Source: Bacteroidales bacterium
GTDB taxonomy: Bacteria > Bacteroidota > Bacteroidia > Bacteroidales > UBA932
DNA: 64,000 nucleotides
NCBI GenBank assembly: GCA_024398295.1
Contig: JAKSJL010000001.1
Location: 1,589-65,588, forward strand
Direction of reading: 5' to 3'
Shown here: in pieces, positions 1 to 9,622 of the stretch
Position numbering within the stretch: position 1 is the first letter of the stretch
Layout of the letters: each line of letters begins with the position of its first letter
Made by a program: the position numbers and the translations under genes
The notes under the pieces: model-generated
What the model was told of the DNA's origin: nothing
Seen by the model: only the letters and a program-made list of their open reading frames with translations
The model's database searches: none

Positions 1-155
1 ACTGTGAGGTTCGTGAAATCAGGCACGCCCAGTCTCTCCCCGTGATGGGTGTAGAGGTTAAGGAGAATGCTTACGCCTATTACCAATCCAAGAACCAGTC
101 CCACAGCGATGAGAAGGTTTTTGACTATCCAGTTCGAAAGGATTTTGTTTGACAT
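1..155 (-). CDS. PASTA domain-containing membrane protein, 5' part only (truncated by window edge)
   Basis: Not in ORF track. ATG at 155 gives MSNKILSNWIVKNLLIAVGLVLGLVIGVSILLNLYTHHGERLGVPDFTNLT: one TM helix then YTxHG..VPD, typical start of Bacteroidales PASTA proteins. Confidence 0.75.
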   Translation of the reverse strand, partial: MSNKILSNWIVKNLLIAVGLVLGLVIGVSILLNLYTHHGERLGVPDFTNLT

Positions 156-170
156 ATAAATGATTGTTTA

Positions 171-815
171 TTAGCTAGTTAATAGGATTTTGATGCCATT
201 TGTCAGGAAGGCAAGTCCGAAACCGATCACGATGTAGCCGGAAACCATTATCATGTATCTGACAGTGCCCATCTTGAATTTCTCCCTGCACTTGCTGATG
301 AGAAGTGTGAAGAAGAACCAGTAGAATTCGGTGCCCAGGAAGACCATGGCTATGATGGAAATGGTAGGAACCAGTCCTGCCACCTCGATGCCAAAGAATG
401 AGAAGAGTGTGAAATGAACCAGTATCGCGCCTGGGTTCGAGAGGCCTGATGCCAGCGCCTGCCCCATGAATCCCCAACCTATGTCTGGAGTCTCTGCAGG
501 CATGAAATGCTGCTTCGGGCTGCTTGGCTTGGGAGGAATGCCTCTAAGCATCAGGGCTCCGACCATAAGGATCAGGGTGCCACCCACGAACATGACTATC
601 ATCTGATGATCGTCCAGGAATGACTGTACCAGGCTCAGTGCCAGCAGACTCAGTGTAGCGTAGCATGTGTCTACGACAGACGCGCCCTGGCTGGTGGCAA
701 ATCCGCCTAACCTTCCGTACCGGAGTGTCTTCTGCATCACGAGCATAGCTACCGGTCCCAGAGGGGCCGATGCACAGATGCCGATGACGAATGCTTTCAG
801 AAGCTCAGATACCAT
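171..815 (-). CDS. LysE family translocator
   Basis: Start moved to ATG 815 (MVSELLKAF); APLGPV, GRLGGF and LSNPG motifs; several hydrophobic helices; TATATTTG at 847-840. Confidence 0.85.
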   Translation of the reverse strand: MVSELLKAFVIGICASAPLGPVAMLVMQKTLRYGRLGGFATSQGASVVDTCYATLSLLALSLVQSFLDDHQMIVMFVGGTLILMVGALMLRGIPPKPSSPKQHFMPAETPDIGWGFMGQALASGLSNPGAILVHFTLFSFFGIEVAGLVPTISIIAMVFLGTEFYWFFFTLLISKCREKFKMGTVRYMIMVSGYIVIGFGLAFLTNGIKILLTS

Positions 816-854
816 TTTGGGTCTTTGTTTACAAAGACACAAATATAGCAAGAA

Positions 855-2117
855 TTATGCACATTTCAATAACAAGGCGCTGCGGAGAGCCTCCCAGTCA
901 TAGTAGCAGCCCTGTACTGGAGAAATGCCTATATGCAGTAGCCTTTCTCTCTCATTCTCAAGTATTTTCACGAGCACGTGACCTTTTCGGTCCCTGTAGA
1001 AAACGAGCTGGATGTTTGACGCCATGCAGAGGTGCTCGTCTGCGCGCCAGGTCTTGTGCGCGTCGACGAAGGAGATATCCTGATCAGCTCCGTCAATGCC
1101 CATGAGGCAGGCAAGGGGCAGGACGTTGCTGTCGTGCCCGAAGCAGAGGTCGGCGACGATGTGGCCATCGGAGAGCGCCTCGTCGGCCTTTTCCACTATC
1201 CGGCGCAGAAGGGGTGCAGCCGACCTCGCGCGTACGTCACCAGTCTCCAAGGTGCGCCCGCTCCATGCGAATGAGAGGTTGTTGCGCACGATGGCGTAGC
1301 CCTCGAGCTCGTCGATGTCGAAGAACTTGAAGAGGTCAAGTTCATCATCCCCTATGCAGATAGCCTCACAACCCAGCCCATACGCCAGGTTCGCGAATGT
1401 GCCAGGTGAAGCCAATGCTGCAGCTTTCTCTGTATCTGTGAATATCCTCGCGAAAAGCTTGTCGCCTTTCGAATGTGACCTTGTCAATGAGTCCGCTGTC
1501 CTTCTCGCAATCTTCTGCACGATGTCCACGGTCCCTTCAGGGGCAATGTAACTCTGATACCTGTCGCCGGCCGCGAAGCTGAACTCCAGCTGTGGGGCGC
1601 AGCCTCTGAGGGCGTTAGTGAATGCGCTCATGCTGACAAGGCAGCGTGGCGCTACAGATGACTCAGCCCTCACGGCGCCAGCCTTAACCTTGAAGACTTT
1701 TGGAAAGCGCTGGAACATCCTCTGTGCCAATGCTTTATGCTCGCTCTGTCCGAGCTCGGTGAGCTGCGCATAGCGTCCTTCCGCCTGCTTGCAGATGGCT
1801 TCAGTCCTGCGCAGCATCTCCTTCCCATCAGTGGTGAGGATGCCCAGGGTGTCTGCTTTCTGCATGATAGAAAGGAACTTCTGGTCCTTCACGCCATCTG
1901 ACATGAATCTGGCACCATGTCTTCCGAAATGACTGATGTACACGGGGGAGTATCCGCGAGGAGCCCCTGTATCAACCCTTGGCGACATGTCGTAAGGTGC
2001 AAAGACCGCTCCAGCACGTCTGGTATCTTCTTGAATGTAAGTACCATATGTTTGCTGGGCGCTCGCCGTGAGGCATGTCAGGAGCAATGATAATATGATT
2101 GGTCTAGTATACTTCAT
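855..2117 (-). CDS. Exported histidine acid phosphatase family protein
   Basis: Start at ATG 2117 with signal peptide MKYTRPIILSLLLTCLTASA; YISHFGRHGAR (RHGxR) and FGHD motifs. Confidence 0.85.
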   Translation of the reverse strand: MKYTRPIILSLLLTCLTASAQQTYGTYIQEDTRRAGAVFAPYDMSPRVDTGAPRGYSPVYISHFGRHGARFMSDGVKDQKFLSIMQKADTLGILTTDGKEMLRRTEAICKQAEGRYAQLTELGQSEHKALAQRMFQRFPKVFKVKAGAVRAESSVAPRCLVSMSAFTNALRGCAPQLEFSFAAGDRYQSYIAPEGTVDIVQKIARRTADSLTRSHSKGDKLFARIFTDTEKAAALASPGTFANLAYGLGCEAICIGDDELDLFKFFDIDELEGYAIVRNNLSFAWSGRTLETGDVRARSAAPLLRRIVEKADEALSDGHIVADLCFGHDSNVLPLACLMGIDGADQDISFVDAHKTWRADEHLCMASNIQLVFYRDRKGHVLVKILENERERLLHIGISPVQGCYYDWEALRSALLLKCA

Positions 2118-2124
2118 GTGTCTA

Positions 2125-2132
2125 CAAAGATA
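2125..2132 (-). promoter_or_regulatory. Bacteroidota sigma-A -7 element (TATCTTTG) for the phosphatase gene
   Basis: Matches TAnnTTTG on minus strand, 7 nt upstream of ATG 2117. Confidence 0.6.
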
Positions 2133-2170
2133 AATTATAAATTTATTTTTTAACGTAATCCGTGCCACCC

Positions 2171-2193
2171 TATAGTCATTTTGACTATATTTG
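2171..2193 (+). promoter_or_regulatory. -7 element TATATTTG (2186-2193) of the glpT-PTS operon overlapped by a perfect inverted repeat (candidate operator)
   Basis: TATAGTCA-TTT-TGACTATA at 2171-2189 overlaps the TAnnTTTG element. Confidence 0.55.
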
Positions 2194-2216
2194 TATGATA
2201 AAAGAACCAATCACTA

Positions 2217-3674
2217 ATGGCACAGAAAACTAAACACTCATTCAATTATTGGCAGTGGAGGGTCATCATAGGCACCATGGTGGGCTATGCGACCTTCTAT
2301 TTTGTGAGAAAGAATTTTTCGTTTGTTATCCCAGGCCTGACCGCTGAGTATGGCATCACCAAGTCCACTTTTGGTGTGATCATCGCTGCTGTCAGCCTCA
2401 TATATGGAGTATCCAAGCTGGTCAATGGCTTCCTTGCAGACCGTCTCAATGGACGTTGGCACATGGTCACAGGACTTTCAGTCAGTGCCATTGTCAATTT
2501 CCTCTTCGGTGCAGGTGCCATGATCTGTGCTTATTTCGTGGGTGCTGACTATGGCCCAGAGTTCACCAAGTCTCTTGTGGCGCTGTTTGCGGTGCTGCTC
2601 ATTGTGAACAATATCTTCCAGGGCTGTGGATTCCCTCCATGCAACCGTCTCATCACGCATTGGGTTCCACCTAAGGAGCTTGCTACAAAGATGTCCCTGT
2701 GGAACACGTCGCACTCTATCGGTGCGTTTGTGGCTGCTGTCCTCAGTGGCTTCATCATGGGCCATTTCGGAAAGGACATGCGTGGAAGCGAAGTCCTTCG
2801 CCAGAGAGTGATGGAGAATACCCAGGCTGTCACTGACAAGATGGACCCTACCCAGGCCCAGGCATATGTAGACGGTATGCTCCAGCATTATGGCGCATGG
2901 CAGTGGGCATTCTTTGTCCCAGCCATCATCGCTGTGATAGGTGTCATCTTCCTTATAATCACACTTCGTGATACCCCTAAGTCAGTGGGTCTTCCTGAGC
3001 TCAGTGATGGAAACGAGAAGGCAGAGCAGAGCGAGGACGACAAGAAGTCTCACAGAGAGTTCCTCATCAAGAAGGTCATCCTCAATCCTATAGTCTGGAT
3101 TCTTGCACTTGGTGACTTCTTCGTATATATCGTCCGTATGGCGGTACTTGACTGGGGCCCAACCTTCCTTCAGGAGAGCCGTGGCCTTACCCCTGGAGCT
3201 TCAGCTGCAGTCGTAGCTTGCTTCGAGGTGTTCGGAGTGCTCGGTATGCTTGCGGCAGGTGTCCTCACTGACAAGCTCTTCAAGAGCCGTGGCCAGAGAA
3301 CCTGCGTGTTCTGCATGCTTGGTGTGATGATCTTCATCGCGGCATTCTGCTTCCTTCCTATCAAGAACCCTATCGTGCTCAGTGTATTCCTTGTTTGCGC
3401 TGGATTCTTCATCTATGGTCCTCAGGCCCTTATCGGTGTCATCGCGTCAAACCAGGTGACACGCCGTGGAGCCTCTTCGGCGAACGGAATCATTGGCTTC
3501 GTAAGCTACCTTGCCCCTATCATCTCAGGCTGGGTATTCGGTAGCCTCGCGGATAACCACGGCTGGGAGCTTGTATTCAAGGTGATGATAGTAGTCGCAT
3601 TCCTTGGCCTTCTCACCATGCTTTCTCTCTGGAATACAGGAGCTGACGGATATAGCAGTGAAACTGAAAAATAG
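2217..3674 (+). CDS. glpT: MFS organophosphate:Pi antiporter, GlpT/UhpC family
   Basis: GYATFYFVRKNF, YGVSK, QGCGFPPC, WNTSHSIG, YIVR..DWGP, IYGPQAL motifs; next to a GDPD. Confidence 0.85.
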   Translation: MAQKTKHSFNYWQWRVIIGTMVGYATFYFVRKNFSFVIPGLTAEYGITKSTFGVIIAAVSLIYGVSKLVNGFLADRLNGRWHMVTGLSVSAIVNFLFGAGAMICAYFVGADYGPEFTKSLVALFAVLLIVNNIFQGCGFPPCNRLITHWVPPKELATKMSLWNTSHSIGAFVAAVLSGFIMGHFGKDMRGSEVLRQRVMENTQAVTDKMDPTQAQAYVDGMLQHYGAWQWAFFVPAIIAVIGVIFLIITLRDTPKSVGLPELSDGNEKAEQSEDDKKSHREFLIKKVILNPIVWILALGDFFVYIVRMAVLDWGPTFLQESRGLTPGASAAVVACFEVFGVLGMLAAGVLTDKLFKSRGQRTCVFCMLGVMIFIAAFCFLPIKNPIVLSVFLVCAGFFIYGPQALIGVIASNQVTRRGASSANGIIGFVSYLAPIISGWVFGSLADNHGWELVFKVMIVVAFLGLLTMLSLWNTGADGYSSETEK

Positions 3675-3682
3675 TACGAAAT

Positions 3683-4504
3683 ATGAAAAAGATCGTTGTT
3701 ACATTTATTGCCCTGGCCATGGCTGCCAGCGCTTACGCACAGACCCAGACTATTCGCGCATTCTCTCACCGTGGTGGTAGAATGGAGCGCGATGAAAATA
3801 CCCTCAAGGCATTCCAAGAGAGCTGGGATGCAGGATACACAGGTTTTGAGACGGATATCCGCATGACCAAGGATGGTGTCCTGTATATGACTCATGATCA
3901 TACACTCGAGCGTACTACAAATGGCACAGGTATCTTTGAGGAGCACACTTCAGCGGAGATCGATGCACTTGTGACCAAGAAGGGAAACAAGATTATGCGC
4001 TTCGAGGAGTTCTGCAAGTTCCTCGATGGTAAGGATAACCTCTATGTAGAGTGGGAGTTCAAGACCAAGCCAGAGGAGCTCTACCCACAGGAGAGACTGG
4101 AGAAGTATGTAGAGACCATCTATCAGGCCGTAAAGAAGATCAAGACAAAGAACTCTCAGATGGTGTTCACATCTTCTGACTATCGTGGACTCCGCTATCT
4201 TCAGACACATCATCCAGATGCAGAGCTTCTTCTTATCATCTCGAAGCCTATCAATGACGAGACCATCGCCATGGCGAAGACTGTAGGCATCTATACACTT
4301 GGTTGCAAGATGGAAGGCACTTCCAGAGCAATGGTGGAGAAGGCACATAAGGAAGGCATCACAGTGAGCCTCTGGCCAGGCCAGAGCGTGGAGGACTTCA
4401 TGCTGGGCGCATACCTCGGATGCGACCGTATGTGTACAGACGTGCCAGTCACAGTCATGAAGTGGATGAAGGAGAACGCTCCTTGGATCAAGGTTATCTA
4501 CTAG
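3683..4504 (+). CDS. Exported glycerophosphodiester phosphodiesterase (GDPD)
   Basis: Signal peptide; SHRGG, ENT, GFETD..TKDG..HD..L.RTT motifs. Confidence 0.9.
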   Translation: MKKIVVTFIALAMAASAYAQTQTIRAFSHRGGRMERDENTLKAFQESWDAGYTGFETDIRMTKDGVLYMTHDHTLERTTNGTGIFEEHTSAEIDALVTKKGNKIMRFEEFCKFLDGKDNLYVEWEFKTKPEELYPQERLEKYVETIYQAVKKIKTKNSQMVFTSSDYRGLRYLQTHHPDAELLLIISKPINDETIAMAKTVGIYTLGCKMEGTSRAMVEKAHKEGITVSLWPGQSVEDFMLGAYLGCDRMCTDVPVTVMKWMKENAPWIKVIY

Positions 4505-4506
4505 AC

Positions 4507-4770
4507 ATGACATCAAAGAACATCGTAATAACTGCCCCTAATGGACTCCATGCGCGTCCAGTAGGGGAGTTAGTCAAGCTGGTGAAGTCTTTTGCCGATT
4601 CGGCAGTGACCCTGTCGACTCCGGTGAAGACTGTCAAAGCCAGCAGTATGCTTTCCATACTCTCACTCGGCCTTAAGCAGGGCAGTGAGGTGGAGGTGAA
4701 AGTGGAAGGAGGAGACGAGGCTCAGGTACTTGAGGCTGTCTCTTCGTTCATTTCTTCTATCACTGAATGA
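4507..4770 (+). CDS. ptsH: Phosphocarrier protein HPr
   Basis: Start at ATG 4507 gives 87 aa with NGLHARP, His exactly at position 15; KASSMLSILSL carries the Ser46-equivalent. Confidence 0.93.
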   Translation: MTSKNIVITAPNGLHARPVGELVKLVKSFADSAVTLSTPVKTVKASSMLSILSLGLKQGSEVEVKVEGGDEAQVLEAVSSFISSITE

Positions 4771-6326
4771 CGATTAAAGGTATAGGAACCAGAGGCCTTG
4801 CGGCAGGAAGGGCGTTCATGAAGCCAGATGTGCACATGGACGTCATTTTCTGTGGTGACGCTACCGCTGCTTTCAAGGAAGCGTACGACGCGGTACACGC
4901 AGACCTTGAGGAACTGGCTGAAAAAGAGGATGTGTTCGCAGCACATCTCGAGATGCTTGAGGACCCTATGCTCAGTGAAAGCATAGAGGCTTTCCTCGGG
5001 GAGGACATGCCCCCAGTGGCCGCTGTCCAGGCGGCATGCGAGCAGGTCTGCGGCATGTCTGAGGATACAGACGACGAGTATCTTCGTGCGAGGGTCGACG
5101 ACGTCAGGGACGTCTGTCGACGACTGGAGAGAAAGCTATGTGGCGATGTCTTCACTTGGGGCGACATGGAGCCCGGGAGTGTGGTGGTCGCAGACGAGCT
5201 GCTCCCTTCGGATACCGCAGAGATGGATATGTCCAAGGTATCAGCTTTTGTGACTCACAGGGGAAGCCGCACCAGCCATGTCTGTATCATTGCAGGAAAT
5301 CATGGTGTCCCAGTAGTGGTCGGCACCGACATAAGTGGCATCACGAAGGGAGATGTACTTCTCGTAGATGCATATGCCGGTGAGGTCATAGTATGTCCTA
5401 CACCGCAGCAAATGAAGGATTTCGAGGCTCGTCTCGATATGGAGGAGTCATCCCTTGGAGAGGTTTATGAGCACCGTTTCGAGCCTGCTGTCACCCGGGA
5501 AGGAAAGAAGATACCTGTATTTGCAAACGCAGGAAACATAGGGGAGGTCGTGAGTGCCATGGAGGCCGGAGCCGATGGCATTGGCCTTTTCCGTACTGAA
5601 TTTGTGTTCATGCTCTCGAATCAGCTGCCATCAGAGAGCATACAGTTTGAGACCTATCGGGACGCTGTACTTGCCTGCAAGGGCAAGCCTCTCACCATCA
5701 GGACATTGGATATAGGTGGAGACAAGGCGTTGCCGTATATGGACATGCCGAAAGAGGAGAATCCTTTCCTCGGACTGAGGGGCATACGCTTCAGCCTGGC
5801 ACATCCGGAGATAATGTGTCCGCAGCTGCGCGCCATCCTTCGCGCCTCTGTATTTGGGCCTGTCAGGATCATGTTCCCTATGGTCGATACAGTCGAGGAG
5901 CTCAGTCAGGCGCTGGCTTGCCTTGATGAGTGTAAGCTGCAGCTTACCCAGGAGGGCATCAGCTTCGATCGCGACATCGAAGTGGGCATCATGATCGAGA
6001 CCCCTGCCGCCGTTATCATGGCGGACAAACTTGCCCAGCAGTGCTCATTCTTCAGCATTGGCACAAATGACCTTACGCAGTACATAATGGCTGCGGATAG
6101 GGGAAATGCTTCTGTATCATATCTTTACAATGCGCTCAGTCAGCCCGTGGCACGCGCCGTGGCGATGACCATCGATGCCGCTCACAGAGCCGGCATCAGG
6201 GTAGCCATGTGTGGCGAGCTGGCGTCTGACCTGAACGCTACGGCACTCCTGCTGGGACTGGGGCTTGATGCATTCAGCGTCGCCTCTCCGGCAGTACCAT
6301 CAGTCAAGGAAAACATCAGGAAATGA
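4767..6326 (+). CDS. ptsI: PEP-protein phosphotransferase, PTS Enzyme I
   Basis: GSRTSH phospho-His, GIGLFRTEF, RTLDIGGDK, ENPFLGLRGIR, SIGTNDLTQY, MCGE; ATGA overlap with ptsH. Confidence 0.95.
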   Translation: MTIKGIGTRGLAAGRAFMKPDVHMDVIFCGDATAAFKEAYDAVHADLEELAEKEDVFAAHLEMLEDPMLSESIEAFLGEDMPPVAAVQAACEQVCGMSEDTDDEYLRARVDDVRDVCRRLERKLCGDVFTWGDMEPGSVVVADELLPSDTAEMDMSKVSAFVTHRGSRTSHVCIIAGNHGVPVVVGTDISGITKGDVLLVDAYAGEVIVCPTPQQMKDFEARLDMEESSLGEVYEHRFEPAVTREGKKIPVFANAGNIGEVVSAMEAGADGIGLFRTEFVFMLSNQLPSESIQFETYRDAVLACKGKPLTIRTLDIGGDKALPYMDMPKEENPFLGLRGIRFSLAHPEIMCPQLRAILRASVFGPVRIMFPMVDTVEELSQALACLDECKLQLTQEGISFDRDIEVGIMIETPAAVIMADKLAQQCSFFSIGTNDLTQYIMAADRGNASVSYLYNALSQPVARAVAMTIDAAHRAGIRVAMCGELASDLNATALLLGLGLDAFSVASPAVPSVKENIRK

Positions 6327-8152
6327 AAGCACAGATACAAAGGTTTGGACGCGCTTTGAGCGCAATGGTCATGCCGAACATCGGCGCATTCATCGCATGG
6401 GGACTCATCACCGCCATCTTCATAAGTGGCGGCTGGTGGCCAAATGAGAAGATCGCCCTTCTGGTATCCCCAATGCTCAAGTACATGCTCCCGATGCTTA
6501 TCGCATACACCGCAGGTAAGAATGTAGCTGGCGACAGAGGAGGCGTGGCAGGAGCCGTAGCCGCCATGGGCGTCATTGTGGGCTCCGACACGCCGATGTT
6601 CATCGGAGCCATGATGATGGGACCGCTGGCGGGATACTGCGTGAAGAAGTTTGATGCTCTCGTGAAGGGCAAGGTCCACTCCGGCTTCGAGATGCTGGTG
6701 GACAACTTCTCGCTCGGTATCATTGCCATGATACTCGCTATCATTGGCCATCTCCTTATAGGTCACGCCGTTACATGGGTGACGGACCTGCTGAGCCATG
6801 GCGTGAACTGGATGCTCGCGCACAAGATGAACCCGCTGCTCGCGGTGCTCGTCGACCCAGCGAAGGTGCTCTTCCTTAACAATGCTGTAAATCACGGTAT
6901 CATGACTCCACTCGGCATCCAGCAGGCTGCGGAGATGGGACATTCGATGCTGTTCCTGATAGACCCGAATCCGGGTCCTGGTCTCGGAATACTGCTTGCA
7001 TGCTGGGTATTCGGCAAGGGCACGACCAAGCAGTCTGCTCCTGGCGCTGCTGTGATCCAGCTTTTCGGCGGTATCCATGAGATCTACTTCCCATATGTGC
7101 TGGCGCGCCCTATCCTGCTTCTCGCAGTGATGATAGGAAACATCTGCGCGCTGACCTTCTTCACCCTCGTGGACTTTGGTCTGGTGGCTCCAGCTTCGCC
7201 TGGCAGCCTTATCTCCATCATCATCATGTCGCCGAAGGGGCAGACTCTCATAGGCATACTGGGCGTGCTGCTCTCCACTGTAGTGTCATTCCTTCTGGCG
7301 TGGCCAATGGTCAAGGCCCGCCCTGACTTCCAGGGTGAGGAGGAGAACAAGAGCGCGTCGGAGCCGGTAGAACCGATGACGATGGACTCGTCCATCAGGA
7401 AGATAGTCTTCTCGTGTGATGCAGGTATGGGCTCCAGCGCTCTCGGCGCCACACGCTTCAAGGCCCGCCTCATGAAGGCTGGGCATCCTGAGGTCCTCTG
7501 CACAAACTCAGCTGTAGGAAGCATCCCTTCGGATGCGTCCGTGGTGGTTTGCCAGAAGCAGCTGGCAGAACGCGCCAGACAGACCGCTCCGTTCGCCAAG
7601 GTCATCGAGATCGAGAACTTCCTCTCCGATCCAGCTCTCGACTCTCTGCTCGCTGCTGTCGCGAAGCAGCAGTCAGGCGCTCCAGCTCCAGCTGCCGCTT
7701 TCGCTGTCGCGCAGCCTGCAGCTCCCGCTGCGCTCGTGTTGAAGCAGAACGTGATAGCGGGGCTCCCATCCGAGTCGAAAGAAGATGCGATACGCCGTGC
7801 TGGACGCATGCTTGTGGAGGCTGGATATGTGGATCAGGCTTATGCCGATGCCATGCTTGAGAGAGAGAAGATAGCCACCACTTACATGGGGGAGGGTCTT
7901 GCCATACCTCATGGTACTTCCGAGGCGAAGCAGGCAGTCAAGCACTCGGGTATTGTGGTCCTTCAGTATCCTGAGGGAGCTGATTTCGACGGAGAGAAGG
8001 CTCATCTGGTCATCGGAATAGCCGGCGTCGGAGACGAGCATCTGGAGATTCTGGCGAAGGTCAGTGAGGCACTTGAGGACGAGGAAATCCTGAATTCACT
8101 TTATTCTTCATCTGACGAAGATTTGTGGGGTTTTTTCAGCAAAATTCAGTAA
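6323..8152 (+). CDS. mtlA: PTS mannitol-type transporter subunit IICBA
   Basis: MVMPNIGAFIAWG, FLNNAVNHG, NPGPGLG, GGIHEIYFPY (IIC); CDAGMGSS (IIB Cys); Ala/Pro linker; AIPHG (IIA His). Confidence 0.93.
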   Translation: MKAQIQRFGRALSAMVMPNIGAFIAWGLITAIFISGGWWPNEKIALLVSPMLKYMLPMLIAYTAGKNVAGDRGGVAGAVAAMGVIVGSDTPMFIGAMMMGPLAGYCVKKFDALVKGKVHSGFEMLVDNFSLGIIAMILAIIGHLLIGHAVTWVTDLLSHGVNWMLAHKMNPLLAVLVDPAKVLFLNNAVNHGIMTPLGIQQAAEMGHSMLFLIDPNPGPGLGILLACWVFGKGTTKQSAPGAAVIQLFGGIHEIYFPYVLARPILLLAVMIGNICALTFFTLVDFGLVAPASPGSLISIIIMSPKGQTLIGILGVLLSTVVSFLLAWPMVKARPDFQGEEENKSASEPVEPMTMDSSIRKIVFSCDAGMGSSALGATRFKARLMKAGHPEVLCTNSAVGSIPSDASVVVCQKQLAERARQTAPFAKVIEIENFLSDPALDSLLAAVAKQQSGAPAPAAAFAVAQPAAPAALVLKQNVIAGLPSESKEDAIRRAGRMLVEAGYVDQAYADAMLEREKIATTYMGEGLAIPHGTSEAKQAVKHSGIVVLQYPEGADFDGEKAHLVIGIAGVGDEHLEILAKVSEALEDEEILNSLYSSSDEDLWGFFSKIQ

Positions 8153-8157
8153 ATTTG
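8150..8157 (+). promoter_or_regulatory. Internal -7 element (TAAATTTG) overlapping the mtlA stop codon
   Basis: TAnnTTTG match 20 nt upstream of ATG 8178, in an AT-rich stretch. Confidence 0.45.
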
Positions 8158-8177
8158 AAAGATGATTGAATAAGGTC

Positions 8178-9614
8178 ATGGGTAGGTCAGCATACATATA
8201 CATCCTTGCTGGTGCGCTACTTTTCTCGGCTTTTCCTCTTTTTGCGCAGAAGCCAGGAAAGGAGCGTGCTGATGAGCTGCTGAGTCGTCAGACTGCGGTA
8301 CGTGACTCGTATGCTGAGATAGTGGCTGATCCGGACAAGGCAGGCACCGTTTACTATACCTACGACCACGAGAACATCCCGGCTTACACCAAGGCTCCGA
8401 AGGGCTATAAGCCTTTCTACATCAGTCATTATGGCCGTCACGGAGAGCGTAACATCTCGTCAAATTCCGATGTCAGAAAGAACATGGAGCTTTTCCGTGA
8501 GGCTCATGAGCTGGGTATCCTCACAGAGAAGGGCGAGGAGTATCTGAGGCGTTACGAGAAGGCGTATCCATTCCTGGATGGCTTTGGCTCTGACCTTACT
8601 GGTCTCGGTGCCCAGAGCCAGCATATCATTGCCCGAAACATGTACCATAACTATCCTGAGGTCTTTCCTAAGGGCGCCAGGATAGATGCGAAATCTACCA
8701 TTGTCCCTCGCTGTATCCTCACCATGTCTGCATTTTGCGAAGGACTCAAGGAGCAGGATGCCAGCCTCAGGATCTCTCAGGCGGCAGGTGAGAATACCAT
8801 GTACTACCTGAATCCATTTACCCTGAATAACCCTGATGTCAAGCCTACAGATGAGGGCTATGATAACAAGAATGCTTACTGGCAGGCTTCCTTCAAGGAG
8901 CGTCTCAAGAACAGTGCAGACGCAGAGAAGGTATTCGGCCCGCTCATTACAGACCTCTCCATCCTGTCCAAGTATGGCAAGCCTGAGGACGTGGTGAAGC
9001 GTTTCTTCGCGGTGGCTCAGGCTGTCCAGTGCAACGAAAACGTGCAGGACCGTTTCTGGGAGTTCATCCCTATCGAGGAGACCTACAAGCTTTGGGATGC
9101 ACTGAACTACAGGTATTATAACTCCAAGGGCCCGGATGTGCTGTTCCAGAGGGGACGCCAGTGGGCCTTCGCATGGACTACTCTCCAGAACATCATCGAC
9201 CAGGCCGAGGAAGACATGCAGAGCGGCGAGTACAAGGCTCGCCTGCGTTTCGGACACGATATCATTGCCATGGCATTGTTCGCCCTCATGGACATACCTG
9301 GCTATAACATAGCAGTAGGGGATGCAGACCGCATCAAGGATGTGTTCCGCTCCTACGATTTCCCTATGTCACTCAACATCCAGTTCATCTTCTACAGGAA
9401 CAAGTCAGGAGATGTCCTGGTGAGGATGATGTACAATGAAAGAGACATGGTGCTCCCTATCGAGTCGGAGACTGCTCCGTACTACAGCTGGGACGCATTC
9501 AAATCATATTCTCTCCAGCGCATAGAGGTGGCCCAGAGGATCATCGCCACTACCCAGGCGCCGCCAGAGAAGACAGCAGCAAAGAAAATGACTACCATAG
9601 ATTTGGTTAATTAG
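8178..9614 (+). CDS. Exported histidine acid phosphatase family protein (paralogue of 855-2117)
   Basis: Signal peptide (..FSAFPLFA); YISHYGRHGER and FGHD motifs; start could be TTG 8166. Confidence 0.85.
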   Translation: MGRSAYIYILAGALLFSAFPLFAQKPGKERADELLSRQTAVRDSYAEIVADPDKAGTVYYTYDHENIPAYTKAPKGYKPFYISHYGRHGERNISSNSDVRKNMELFREAHELGILTEKGEEYLRRYEKAYPFLDGFGSDLTGLGAQSQHIIARNMYHNYPEVFPKGARIDAKSTIVPRCILTMSAFCEGLKEQDASLRISQAAGENTMYYLNPFTLNNPDVKPTDEGYDNKNAYWQASFKERLKNSADAEKVFGPLITDLSILSKYGKPEDVVKRFFAVAQAVQCNENVQDRFWEFIPIEETYKLWDALNYRYYNSKGPDVLFQRGRQWAFAWTTLQNIIDQAEEDMQSGEYKARLRFGHDIIAMALFALMDIPGYNIAVGDADRIKDVFRSYDFPMSLNIQFIFYRNKSGDVLVRMMYNERDMVLPIESETAPYYSWDAFKSYSLQRIEVAQRIIATTQAPPEKTAAKKMTTIDLVN

Positions 9615-9622
9615 TACATATC

